Source: Mobula hypostoma (lineage: Eukaryota). Taken from it: 64,000 nucleotides of DNA. The notes under the pieces are model-generated. The model did not search any database. It was given only the letters and a program-made list of their open reading frames with translations, and was not told where the DNA came from. The first letter of the stretch is position 1, and every line of letters begins with the position of its first letter. Below, piece by piece: positions 11,995-23,745 of the stretch. The position numbers and the translations under genes are program-made. The stretch lies in the NCBI RefSeq assembly GCF_963921235.1, contig NC_086097.1:161202001-161266000 (forward strand). Reading direction: 5' to 3'.

Positions 11995-12295
11995 ACTAGG
12001 CTCAAGGACAGCTTCTAATCCACTGTTATAAAACCATTATATATTAACTGTTTCCTCAGTATAAGATGGTCTCTTGACCTCACACTCTATCTCATTATGA
12101 TCTTGTACTTTATTATTTACCTGCTGTTCACTTCCTTTATTGCTGCTATACTTTATTCTGCATTCTGTTACTGTTTTACTCTGTTCTAGTTTGATATAGT
12201 GTTAATAATTTGATCTGTATGAATAGTATGCCTGACAGCATGCAATAATCTTTCACTGTACCTTGGTACGTGTGACAATAATAAACCAATTCTAT
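11995..12295 (+). mobile_element. Rex1/Babar-type LINE 3' end
   Basis: ACTAGGCTCAAGGACAGCTTC (TRLKDSF) and 3' UTR ending GTGTGACAATAATAAACCAATT. Confidence 0.6.
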
Positions 12296-14829
12296 TTCCA
12301 AGTCCATGTCCCCAATTGGATTTCTCAAAGCTTCTGGGAGCCCCAAAAGCACCCAAAAACATTAAAATAATATTTTTGAATAAATGAAAACATTACTGCA
12401 AACAATTTTTAAAAATATACCTTACCTTGCTCGTACCCTTTTTACCATACAACTATAAAATTTCCATTCTAGTAAATGGAGAGTTAGGTCCTCTGAGATA
12501 AGCACACAGGCCCCTTATTGTAAAGGCTGTGAAATTCCCACAATCTCCTGCTTCACTGGTGGGCTCCACATGGAGAACAGCTTCCAGAAAGAAATCAGCA
12601 GTGATTGGTGAATAAGGTTGTGAATTTGCATTTGCACATGAGCTGTAACTTAGACATATACAGCACTGAAACAGGTCCTTCAACTTACCAAATCCATGCC
12701 GGTTACCGAGCACCTATTAACTTGCTTTCATTTTTATTGTTAAATAGTCACAGTTCCTCACAGGACTGCCAGCAGAACCTTTTACAATCCAGGCCATAAT
12801 TTTGAGTAGCCTCCAACTATTTCTACAGAACCATAGCCTACAATGATGTATTCCTCATGCATCGTTCACCTTTTGAACCACTCAACACTATCTTAGAGCA
12901 CTTGCTTTGAAAAAGAACAGAATAGATGAAAACAATTAATGATATATCCGAAGTAATCATTTTAAAATGTAGTAATGTTGGACAGTCAAGTCAAAGTTTG
13001 CTTTGATGAAGAATTTTTCCCTCTTTCATTCCCAAGGAAGCAGAACTACTTCTATATGGAGGGAAACATAAAATAAAAATAGCCAGTAATAGTTGATAAC
13101 TTAGTTGTTATTGCCCAGAGAAGCATAACATGTACCCCTAAAGAAATTGAAATGAGCAGCAACAACTGTGTAGGGACATAAACAGCTCACTACAAATTTC
13201 CTTTATATGATCAATCAATGCATTAATAAGACAACTAATCTACAGAGGGGAAAATAATTGTAACAAATTGGTTGATGTGGGAATTCTCTTCTAATGGCTT
13301 GCATTAGTGGCCAATATTTTAACGTGCGTTTCCTCACAGAGAAAGATGGTAAAATCTGTTGACAAATTCCTGAATAACCGATTCAAGCACAACGTCATCA
13401 GATCCTTGGTAATTGATCAACTGGGGCTGTTCAGTTGGAAATTGAGTACAATATAGTCGAAGTATGGAAAAGGATGAAAAATTCTTTTCAGATTAGGCCC
13501 AAATCCTACTGAGAATGTTCGCCTAATTAATCTCAGGGATTAACAAAATCCAAACAATTTTAAAACAATCGTCATTTCCACTTAACGCTTATTTTGCCAA
13601 TTTCCTACAATATAAGCAGGCTCCAGTATATTAATTCACAGGACAATCTCTCAGTGTGCATTTGTAAATACATTGAGAGATCCACAGATCCCTGTCAGCT
13701 AATCTGGAGCCTCAATTTTACTAGGGCTCCGCTTGTTTTCCCCACAAAGACTACATCCCACATGAGCAGCAAAAGATAGTGTACTGTGTTTATGTAGGAA
13801 ATGGAGTTTAAAAAACCTAACTAAGTCCCCATGAGGATCCGTCAACTTACTGGAGACTACAGGGTTCATTTGCAATGATTATAAACTGATAGGACTGAAG
13901 TAACCCAACTGAGAGCCCATGACGGAACCACCAGCCACCAGCTGTTCCACATATCAGACTTCCATTTATGCTTGGCCAAACCAAGAGATCAAATGCAAAA
14001 CATTCAACCTCCCAGTTCATATCCATCCCTTCAGTTTCTCACCAGAGCTGGCTGATGTACCAATCATTTGAATGGGGCCAATGACCACTTAAAAAAAGCT
14101 AAGTGCAGAATAAGTATATATTTATAATTTATTTTAATTTATTTTAAATATTTGATAAATGTCCCCATCGAAGACATTTATCAACTATTCAATTTATGAC
14201 TTACTTGTCACTCAGCGCCTCCCCTGGCTGGTGAGAATCCGCTTATTTACAAAGACCCTGCTAATTCTTGATTTTGTTTCGAAGAAAAGGAAGCCACCAG
14301 TGACAGTGAATCCATGGTCAGGCCAGATCAAACACGATCAGGATATATACTTATCAGTTGAAATGTATCGCCTTCTTCGACAACTTAAAATCCATTTGAT
14401 TGAGTCAATTAAATTAGTCGGGTTATTCAGCTCATTTATTTAATCTGGATTCATTATAAGACTCAATTAATTGCAGTCACTCTGAACAACTACAGTAAAA
14501 CTTATCAGGACTTTAGTGAGAGCAGATTAGAAAACTTTCCAAACTATTCAAAGTTTCTCCAATTAATACTGCAACACACTTTTTATAGATGTTACACAGA
14601 TGTATAAGTGACGTTCCAGCGAACTCGGTGAATGTGGGAAAAGGGACTCTTGTGAGCTTAAAGGGAGTGCCAGAATGAAAACCCAGTAAGCCAGACCATT
14701 GGGATTTCTGAACAGTGGCAGAGCAGATTATCAGAATTGCTGTACTTTGACTTACAACATACAGTCATACAATTACAAAGGACTATAAAACAATTTACTC
14801 CGTAAGTCCATGCCAGAGCTTATACCTCC

Positions 14830-15163
14830 TCTCGTTCATTCTTTATGTATCATGTTGTATGATGTGAGTGATCATGGTCTTTCCATGACGATGATTGTTC
14901 TTGGCAAATTTTTCCACAGAATTGTCTTCTTCTGGACAGTGTGGCCCCAGCTATTATTAATACCCTGCAGAGACTGTTCACCTAGCATCAGTGGTCGCAT
15001 AACTAGGACTTGAGATATGCACGAGCTGCTCATACAACCTGCTTCCGTGGCTTCACGTGACCCTGATCGGTGGGACGAAGCAGGTGCTGCATTTTGCCCA
15101 AGGGTGACCTGCAGGCTAGCGGAGGGAAGGAACGCCTTACACTTCCTTTGCTGATCTCCACCC
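14830..15163 (-). repeat. Unclassified interspersed repeat (possibly RTE-related non-autonomous element)
   Basis: GC-richer island with no ORF and SINE-like length; class assignment is a guess. Confidence 0.3.
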
Positions 15164-15892
15164 TGTTTTGTCTTTATTTAATCTCATAGCAGATCCTTCT
15201 ATATTCTTTTTCCTTGTGTGCTCATTTCACTTTGCTTAAATGTGCCTATGTTATTCACCATGTCCATAAATTCAATGTTCTATTTCATTACTTTTAGCTC
15301 AGAACATTCTCCTGAATTCCAAACTGGAATCAAATTAAATGCTGAAATAGAATGATCCCACAAGGGAGTCATTGACTGTTGAGTTTCATAGACGTATGTT
15401 ACTGGCTTACCAAATTAGAAGCAACTGAATCATTTTAGCTTTAATACTTTCAAAAAAATTGGTGCTGTTGAACCTCTAACTTACAGCATACCAACAGCCA
15501 TTCAGTCCAAGTAATAACGTCAGTGGTTATCCTGCCACACCTAACAAATACAACACATCCTGAAGGACAAAAATGTCAACGTAAAGGAACCGTGGATGTT
15601 GAGAGAGGTGGTGAATTTAGACAAGAAGTTAAAGGATGCATATGTAAGGTTTAGGAAGCTAAAATCAAACACAGCCCCTGAGGAATATATAAAAAAACAG
15701 AAAAGAACTCAAGAAGAGAATTTTAAAAAAACAGGATGTGCCATGAAAACTCCTTGGCAGGTAGGATTAAATAATCCAAAAGCATTCTATACATAGTGAA
15801 TGGCTGGAATTATCTGTTCCAGAGGGTAATGGGGGGAGGCTAAATCACTAGAAAGGCAGAAATCATTATTTAGGGTGTGGATAAATCGACAG

Positions 15893-16172
15893 TTTATTTA
15901 TTTTTATTTACTTTTTTATTTTGCAATACTGCACTTCTGCCCTTTGAGCCCAGAAACCCTACATCCCCAATTAACCCAACCTACTCACAGGACAACTTAC
16001 AACCTAGTACGTCTTTAGACTGTGGGAGGAAACAGGAGCACCCAGGGAAAACCCAAGCGTTCCATGGAGAGGACGTACACAGACTCCTTACAGAACGGTG
16101 CCGGAATTGAACTCCGAAGTACAGACAGCCCGAGCTATGATAGCTTCACACTAGATGCAATGCTAACATGGC
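15893..16172 (-). mobile_element. tRNA-derived V-SINE (HE1-like)
   Basis: V-domain core (plus strand: GTCTTTAGACTGTGGGAGGAAACAGGAGCACCCAGGGAAAACCCA), B-box-like GAGTTCAATTCC on minus, and A-rich tail. Confidence 0.75.
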
Positions 16173-16399
16173 AATAAGAACAATCATGGACAAGGTGCTT
16201 AGGCCAACATACATCAGCCATAGCCATTCAGAATGGAAAGACAGGCTTGAGGGATCTGGTGCACTATTCCTGCTCTCATTTTCTAGTGTCCTTATGTTCC
16301 TGAATGGCAATAACTGCTGTTGAAAACAATAAAGACTGGTTTTTGGTATTACAGTTATTTTATCCTAATTTACCAGCCTCATTTGTACTTAGGACATGC

Positions 16400-17900
16400 C
16401 ATTCCATGGTGATATCTGTACCATGGTTATGGTTGGACCAACATGGTCTTCTACTGAAGCTGCTCTGGCTTTTCACAGTGTACGAGTTCCCCATAACCAC
16501 TGCAGAAGGCACTGAGGGGAAAGTCAACAAGCACCTGCAGAGGTGGCTGGGAATCCACCCCCCCCCCCAAGTTTTTTCTCAGTGGGGCTCTAAGTAAAAT
16601 CGGGCCAGCTACAGTTCCCATTGTCATCGGTAGTGGAGGAGTTCAAGGTGGCAAAGTGTAGAGTTGTGTTAACACTGAGGGGCTCCGATGCCAAGCAAAT
16701 AAATCAAGCAGGAGTCATAAAAGATTGGGCCGAAAATGGGCTGCCACCTTGGCCAGAGACCAGCTGTGAGCTCCCTGCAATTATCGGCAACCCATGCCTG
16801 GGATGGCAAGGCCTCGGCTCTGCACACTTCCAAAGATGAGTGAGTGCAAGTGCAAGGGATAGGCGTGACATGCTCCAGGCAGAGGTACGGAACCACGAGG
16901 ATGAAAGGCAGTTATCGACAGCAGTGGAGTTGGGGGTCACAGGGCATCTGGACAAAATGGGATCTTCCCAAGCGCAAGTTCACTTGATCAGAGCTTTGGA
17001 GACTGGAGCCCTTCCACATTTCTATCCTCCTGCAGTCGTGTATGACACTCTCCCTACTCCATCACAGCTGCACACATGGGGGCTGAGAGATGACACTAAC
17101 AGCAAGCTTTGTGGTCGGTGGGGTTCATTGGCACACATGCTGTCAGGAATCAAAACAGCCTTAACACAAGGACAGTATAGGTGGCACCACAATAAGGTCC
17201 TGCTGTCCCTTGCTGACATGTTGGAGCGGGAAAGGTGTAAAAAGAGACCAGCTGGCAGAGAGACAAACAGGGCAGTCATTTTCAACAATGAGAGGGTCAC
17301 ACCAGTCATATCAAAGAGGCCTAAATCTAATCTGCTCCAAACTGCCAAATCACAGGAGATGAGGGTCGATGTGGGGAGTAAGCTGCAGTTCCTGGGGGTG
17401 GTGAAAACCACACTTCTAGACATCATACTGTGGTCCACTGAAGACAAGAAAATCATCCCGGTGGAGGACACAGTACCATGGAGAGAAGGGTCACTCCTGG
17501 ACTAAGTACCAGTCCTTAGTCCAGGAGTGCAGGGACAAAAGATGGCAGACGTGGATATTCCCTGTGGGGATCGGCTGCAGAGGGTTTCCAGCAAGGTCAG
17601 CATGGAGGTTGCTGTCTTTGTTGGGCCTGATGAAAAGAGCAAGAACCAAACAGCTCACAGGATAGGGAGGAAGCAGGAAGAGCCTCTTGCTGGATATAGA
17701 GCAGGTGAAGCAAGTTGAGCTGGAAGTCAGGAGCAGATGGGCAGTGACTTGGCTACCACTGCTGACCCACCAACTGGTTAAGGGTTGAAGCACTCTTCAA
17801 AGATTGGGTACCACCTGACAACATCTGCTCCTGGCCAAAGGCTACAGTTACTTCATCGGGTAACTGAAGAGAGTATCCTGGTGAATGATGCAATAACATT
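16400..17900 (+). mobile_element. HERO-like (R2 group) non-LTR retrotransposon, 3' part with zinc knuckle and restriction-like endonuclease
   Basis: QHGLLLKLLWLFTVYEFP...HLQRWLG; EEFKVAK; YDTLPTP...LCGRWGSLAHMLSG...YRWHHNKVL; DIILWS...VEDTVPW (RLE PD..D/E region). Frameshifted. Confidence 0.8.
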
Positions 17901-20800
17901 TTATATAATTCTCTAATCGGGTTTAGTGACGCCTAAAAGAACCTTTACTCTACACACCAATACTCCTACCCTTACCAAAAGGGAATGGTTGTTTCTGGAC
18001 AAGGGTAAGGATTTCTGACAATAACTATTTGCTTGGTATTACACTGAAATATCAGCCTAATGTATAAGCCCAAATATTGAGGTGAAACATGTATTCACAA
18101 AATTCAGATTCAGAGGCAGGAGTGTTAGCCATGCTGTCCCATTTGAAAATATGTAATAATTTTGAAAGACCAATGCATGCACATTCAGTCATGATCTCAA
18201 ATGTTTAACTTCATTTTCTTGGGAATCAAATAGTAGTTTTAATGCACAATTATTTTCACAATTTGTTCTTTTAGTCAATGTCAAGTTTTACTCACTGCAA
18301 ATAGAAGTACCCCAAAGACAGATGTAACTATTGGGTAAGAGTGATACTTTTGAAGAGGTAGTCCTCAGTCCTAAAATGTATCTAGTTTATTATATGGTTT
18401 ATTCTGCACTAATTATCATTCCTCCTGGATAGAAAATGCACCTTAACATGGTTTTATTTGTATGCAAAAAGGACAGTATTTTTGGACCAACTTTCAGCAA
18501 ACCTGAAAGGTACCTTACCTGAAATTAAATTGAGCAATTTCTCAGACATCCTTGTTGGCCACCAAAAAGTGGTTACTAATGCTCACACCAACATGCCCAG
18601 CAATGACTAACTAATCCTCCTGCCAGTCACATCTAACAGAACTACTATTAGCACCATTAAGAACAGGAAATGATTTTACCTACATCAATTGTCAATAGCT
18701 ATCCTGCACTAGCTGATTTTTTTTTAATTATTCCATTTTTATCAGACAATATTTCTGCTAATCGCTGCTGAATTTTTCAAGTAGATTCTGTACATAGAGT
18801 GGTAATTGTGGTGTCTTAATGGGCTATTTCTGCTCTGTTTGGTAAATGTCCATTAGGAGCGACAAGTCCAATCATAATATTGCCCAATCTTCAACCCATT
18901 GACTGGCATAACAGCACAAAAAGATACCCTTCCTAAAATAAGTTTAAGACACCTTACATAAGTAAATGAAGAACTTAAGACTAGCTTTATGTCCTCAGAG
19001 AAATTAGATGCTGCTCCAGCCTTACTCTGTTTCAATATTCTTCAAGGTAATTCTGCATCCTAATATTCCTGAGGCATGCTAGTGTTCCAGCAAAATTCTG
19101 TAGCTAGTTACCACTGGAAACAGTGAAAGGTCTGGAGAAATTCTGCAGCTCTATATTTCTAGAAACACCTGACATTCTGGAGTTATTTTGTACCCTATTA
19201 TCTTTGAAGTGCTGACTAGTCTGGAGCAATGTGCACAAGTGCCAATTTCCTCAGCAAATAAGTTTCCTCCATTCTTCATGGACTAATGTTGACAACAAAA
19301 ATGAATTTTATAGGTTGTTCCTGAGACTCCTTTAAACCTTCCAACTGCTGCTTTGGCTGATTTTAACAAACTTAGCACAAATAAGATTTATAGGTCTGCT
19401 CTGCAGGTCTTGGCACCACAAGAAAAGATACATTCACTTAATGAACTATTGGGTCCTGTACTTAAAGGATCTCAGCTCTTAGATTTTGCTTAGGTGTCAC
19501 TTTCTACCACTCTGTCTTCTCTGGGAGAATTTACTGCAGGCAGACACATTGTAAACAGAAGCAATGGATTCTGATAGACTGTACCATTTAAGTTGCTATG
19601 GTACTGCAAATTCAACAAAGAAAATCAAATTTCCTTTTAAGGAAAATCTGGGATTCTGATATGTACAAAACCTTTCAATCCAAAAGAAACAAAACTAGGC
19701 TTTGACTGTGGCAAATTAAAATCTGATTGGCAATCCAAAGCACCCAAATATCAAAGTGATCTTGAGCATTTGTTAAGCCATGTGATAAAAATTGCAAATG
19801 CCGGAACGGTTTCTTTGCTCCATTGCACATATATCTACAAGGGGTCTTGCATTTACCACAAGGCAAAGGCCAATTTAAAAGATCAGCAATCCTAGTTAAA
19901 AATCATTGCTGCTTCCAGTGTTTGATGTTTCATGGATTGCCAGTAATAACAGACCATAACGCCCATCAACTCCCAGCAAGCAGTCCAGGTACGGAATGTC
20001 TAATAACCACCCTATCAGGCATTGATAGGAGAATACGGTGAACCAAATCTTGCTGGAACAGCAATCTCCCAGCTTGAATCAATATAACAAAACATATAAA
20101 GCTGACTTATAGTTAATAGTCACACCTAAAAAAGTAACATAAATATGGGAATTTGCCAAGGACAGGTTGATTTTAATTAGATTATTAAAGGTTAGGAAAC
20201 TATTGTAAATCAAAGGAATTTAGTGGAACATACAAGCAAAAGTAGATTATTCAGCCACTTCCAGTTTTATCACCACTCGTTTGACCCATGGATGATCTGA
20301 GTCTGAACTCCATCTCCCCACTTTGCTCCATAAGCCCATCAGAAGAAAAATTAATCAACTGTATTAAACTTTTTAATCATCTTCTCAAATAAATTCCTGT
20401 TCAATTTGCTACAGCAAGAAAATGCAAGATTAATTTGTGTAACCAGTCCCATACCTTGACACTTACTCTGTATGTGCTCCAAGACCAAAATATCCTCCCT
20501 GAAGCCCAGTGCTTAAAACTGAATGCAAGATTCCAGATGAAGACTCACTAAAGGTTTATACAACAGTATCCTAAATTTCAGTACATTTTAAATTAGTATT
20601 CTTAATAGTGGCCACTCTCCATTGTCTTTTTGCATTATTTTTGTATCTGTTGTATCAACCTTTAGTGATTCCTAGTGTTCATACCTGCTTTTTGCTTGGG
20701 GATCCTTCAGAAGTTTATTTGTCTGATCCTACTTCCTTTGGTCCAGTGAGGATATCCGCACACTTGAATTTGTCCCTGTCACAGCCTGCCCACTCACTGA

Positions 20801-20895
20801 ATTTCCTCAGATGCTGCCTGACTTGCTGAGTTCCTACAGCATTTGTGTGCGTTACTTGGATTTCCAACATCTGCAGATTTTCGCTTGTTTGTGAG
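20801..20895 (+). mobile_element. Penelope-like pLTR fragment
   Basis: AGATGCTGCCTGACTTGCTGAGTTCCTACAGCATTTGTGTG...ATCTGCAGATTTTCGCTTGTTTG, same repeat as 6293-6426. Confidence 0.7.
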
Positions 20896-21178
20896 TGGCA
20901 TCCTTACCTGGTATGGTTTGTTGATGTTGGAACTGTAGATGTAACTGTTATTCATCCAGCACAAGCAAATACACTTGGAGACTTGTTTGAAAAATTTACC
21001 CAACCTCGAGGTATATTGGGTTGATATACATTTTAACAATAAAAAAAACAGGTACAGTATTTTACCTCAGTGTTTTTGATGTAAAGAAAAAATTCCACAA
21101 ATCTTACAATGGAATCGGATGATAAGTGAAAAGCTTATACAAATATATTTGACAAGTCAAAAAGGTGCATGTCAGTAT

Positions 21179-21462
21179 CATTTATTTATTTATCTGATGA
21201 GCTGCAGCATGAAATAGGCCCTTCCAGCCTTTCGAGCCGCACTGCCCAGCAACTCCCAAATGAACCTTAGCCTAATCACAGGACAATTTACAATGACCAA
21301 TTAACCTACTGACTGGCACACTTCTGGACTGTGGAAGGAAGCTGGAGCACCTAGGGCATACCCATGCATTCAACAGAGAGGATGTACAGATGATGTCAGA
21401 ATTTAACTCCGAACTCCAATATCCCAAGATGAAGTAGCATCATGCTTACCGCTATGCTACCC
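21179..21462 (-). mobile_element. tRNA-derived V-SINE
   Basis: Homologous to 15893-16172 (GGACTGTGGAAGGAAGCTGGAGCACC core; (TTTA)n tail). Confidence 0.75.
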
Positions 21463-22427
21463 TACCTTATATTCTCTAAATGTCTGGGATCAAAGCCCAG
21501 GCATCCAAAATATCCTTCTTTAACCACAGTATTCTGAGGGTTAACTCAATGAATAAACAAACACTACAAGTATTGATTAACAGAGCAAATATGACTTTGA
21601 CCAAGTTTGAAGTGGCAATTGATAAAATAGTCATTTTGCAATCCTCATAATCTCATTCCAGAGTTGGAAACATGGGGCTCCCCTTTATCTGTTTTTTTTT
21701 GTCCACCTGCCTGTCATACAGTGATGCAAAGAAGGTGTAAAGCACAAGATGTCGCAGCTATTGTCATGGCTGGGGTTGGATGTGATTCAAACCTAGCTCT
21801 ACTATCTGTACAATGGGCCAATATTTTGTCACAATACTTCACAGATTACTTCTATGCTGATATCTATTAAGAGATCAAGTATTACCAGTTTCTAATACAC
21901 ATCTCTTAAATGGCCTCTGCCACTGAGTCAGCAGTCCGCTGCCTTCACAAGCAGTGGTATTTGTTTGCGCAGCTGTCAAAATTGATCACAGTTTATGAAA
22001 GTAATTTGAAGGCTGGTTATAGTTTGTATGAATTAAATCAGTAGTTATTGTACTTTATACACCCTCCACCTATGGTTTGCTACTCCTTAACATGGCCTAA
22101 ATAAAACCCCAAATATAAAGCAATGTAATCCTTTTCTGAATTGCTGTCAAGCCACTTAGTTCAAGGGTAATTAGGAAAGACAGCAAAGCTAGCCTAGACA
22201 GAAACTACCACTAGGGGATTAAAACCATGGAATGTATTAAGAGGCCATTGAGGGCAATTTTGAACTTTGCCAGTTGGGTAGAATACTGTGAAGCTGGAAA
22301 CTGACCACATAATTTAATAGTTAGAAAGGGCTAATTGCTCCAATGGACAGACAATCTGTCTTTTGTAGTCATCAAAATTGCCCATTTTGCTTCAATTTAC
22401 ATGGGGAACTGCAGTTATCGTCATAAA

Positions 22428-22628
22428 GTCATAGTGTAATACAGCACAGAAGCAGGTCATTAGGCCCGGTCCAGCCACACCATCCAAAATGCCATCTAAG
22501 CTAAACCTGTTTACCTGCATTTTAGCATATATCCATCTAAAACTTTCCTATCCATCTATCCAAGGGTCTTTTAAATGCTGCTAGATGTACCTCCCTCAAC
22601 CACTTCCTCTGGCAACTTGTTATACATA
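22428..22628 (-). mobile_element. CR1 3'-end fragment in GPR20 intron
   Basis: ACAGCACAGAAGCAGG...CTCAACCACTTCCTCTGGCAACTTGT is the reverse complement of a CR1 3' end. Confidence 0.7.
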
Positions 22629-22630
22629 AT

Positions 22631-22666
22631 TACTAATTTCATTAAATTATTTTTGTCTTGTTGCAG
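22631..22666 (+). promoter_or_regulatory. Branch point (TACTAAT), polypyrimidine tract and AG splice acceptor of the GPR20 coding exon
   Basis: TACTAAT at 22631-22637; TTTTTGTCTTGTTGCAG|G with AG at 22665-22666. Confidence 0.75.
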
Positions 22667-22685
22667 GTCAACCGAAAGTTCAGCT

Positions 22686-23693
22686 ATGCAGACTACAACA
22701 GTTGAGCAAATTCTTGCCAACATATCGACAAGTGGCTACAGCAATGGAAGTCACACCCATAAGGAGCCCTACCTACATAAACTCGCGCATCTCGACGAAG
22801 CTCTCTACAATGATTACTACAGTCTGTGGCTCGCCCTGATGATAATTAATGTTCTCATATTTGTAGTTGGCATTGTCCTCAACAGTGTGGCATTATATGT
22901 TTTCTGCTTTCGTACCAAAACTAAAACAACATCTGTCATCTACACCATCAACCTGGTGATCACAGATTTGATGGTGGGTTTCTCCTTACCGACCAGGATC
23001 ATAATGTATTGCAGTGGCGGCAAATGCTTGACCTGCTCATTTGTACACATTTTCAGCTACTTTGTGAACATGTACTGCAGCATTCTCTTCCTAACCTGTA
23101 TCTGTGTAGACAGATACCTTGCCATCGTCCAGGTTGAAGCGTCACGCAAGTGGAGGAACCCCCACTACGCCAAAGGGATTTGCGTCTTTATTTGGCTCTT
23201 TGCCATTATTGTCACTTACTCTATCCTTTCCACCGCAATCAAGTACGCTGCATGTTGTTTGTCTAAGCTCTTTGCTCTGACCGTATTTGAGTATTTTCTG
23301 CCTTTAATGATCATCACGATCTTCACCATTAGGATCATGTGTGCCCTTGCCAAACCAAACTTAATGCAGCAGAGTAGAGAAAGACGTATGAGAGCCGTCC
23401 AACTTCTAATCACTGTCCTAGTTATTTTCATGATATGCTTCACACCCTTTCATGTTCGTCAGGTTGTGATCTACATCAAACCTGATATCCCGCTGCATAC
23501 CAGCCTAATCGTATACCACGTCACGGTGACCCTCAGTAGCCTCAACAGCTGTTTGGATCCAATTGTCTATTGCTTTGTCACTAACAACTTCCAATCCACT
23601 ATGAGGAACATCTTTGTCAAAACTGACCCTGAACAAATCAGTGGAGAAATACTCAGCATGCAGAAAAGCTCCAAGGTAACCACGGTAAAGTAA
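22686..23693 (+). CDS. GPR20: G protein-coupled receptor 20 (orphan class A GPCR), about 335 aa
   Basis: Intact ORF with 7 hydrophobic segments, DRY and DPIVY motifs. Strongly matches recalled GPR20 sequence (LAxLDE, LWLALM, ALYVFCxRTxxKTxSVIYTINLVxTDL, SILFLTCICVDRYLAIV, LSSLNSCxDPIVYCFVT). N-glycosylation sequons NIS and NGS. The ORF track start (22575) lies in intronic CR1 sequence; the first ATG after the acceptor is 22686. Confidence 0.92.
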   Translation: MQTTTVEQILANISTSGYSNGSHTHKEPYLHKLAHLDEALYNDYYSLWLALMIINVLIFVVGIVLNSVALYVFCFRTKTKTTSVIYTINLVITDLMVGFSLPTRIIMYCSGGKCLTCSFVHIFSYFVNMYCSILFLTCICVDRYLAIVQVEASRKWRNPHYAKGICVFIWLFAIIVTYSILSTAIKYAACCLSKLFALTVFEYFLPLMIITIFTIRIMCALAKPNLMQQSRERRMRAVQLLITVLVIFMICFTPFHVRQVVIYIKPDIPLHTSLIVYHVTVTLSSLNSCLDPIVYCFVTNNFQSTMRNIFVKTDPEQISGEILSMQKSSKVTTVK

Positions 23694-23739
23694 GCGTGTG
23701 CAAACATGACAAGGAATGACTGTGTACTGAACAGTGAAC

Positions 23740-23745
23740 AATAAA
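23740..23745 (+). promoter_or_regulatory. Candidate proximal polyadenylation signal AATAAA
   Basis: AATAAA about 47 nt after the GPR20 stop codon. Confidence 0.3.

Noticed and set aside
12421..12713. Minus-strand ORF near a good donor site (CAAG|GTAAG near 12426)
   Set aside because: The ORF stops before the donor and has no recognisable homology; at most a non-coding exon, unsupported.
14493..14742. TA-flanked CAG...CTG segment as a Tigger-type MITE
   Set aside because: TIR similarity is too weak to support from one decayed copy.
16080..16172. tRNA gene
   Set aside because: The B-box-like motif belongs to a SINE head; no complete cloverleaf.
17780..17830. Possible hammerhead-like boxes in the HERO 3' UTR (GAAGCAC...CTGACAA)
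   Set aside because: Both cores are mismatched and the stems could not be formed convincingly from this single copy.
22575..22685. N-terminal 37 aa of the 372-aa ORF
   Set aside because: Mostly antisense CR1 and intron-end sequence upstream of a good splice acceptor; unlikely to be translated.
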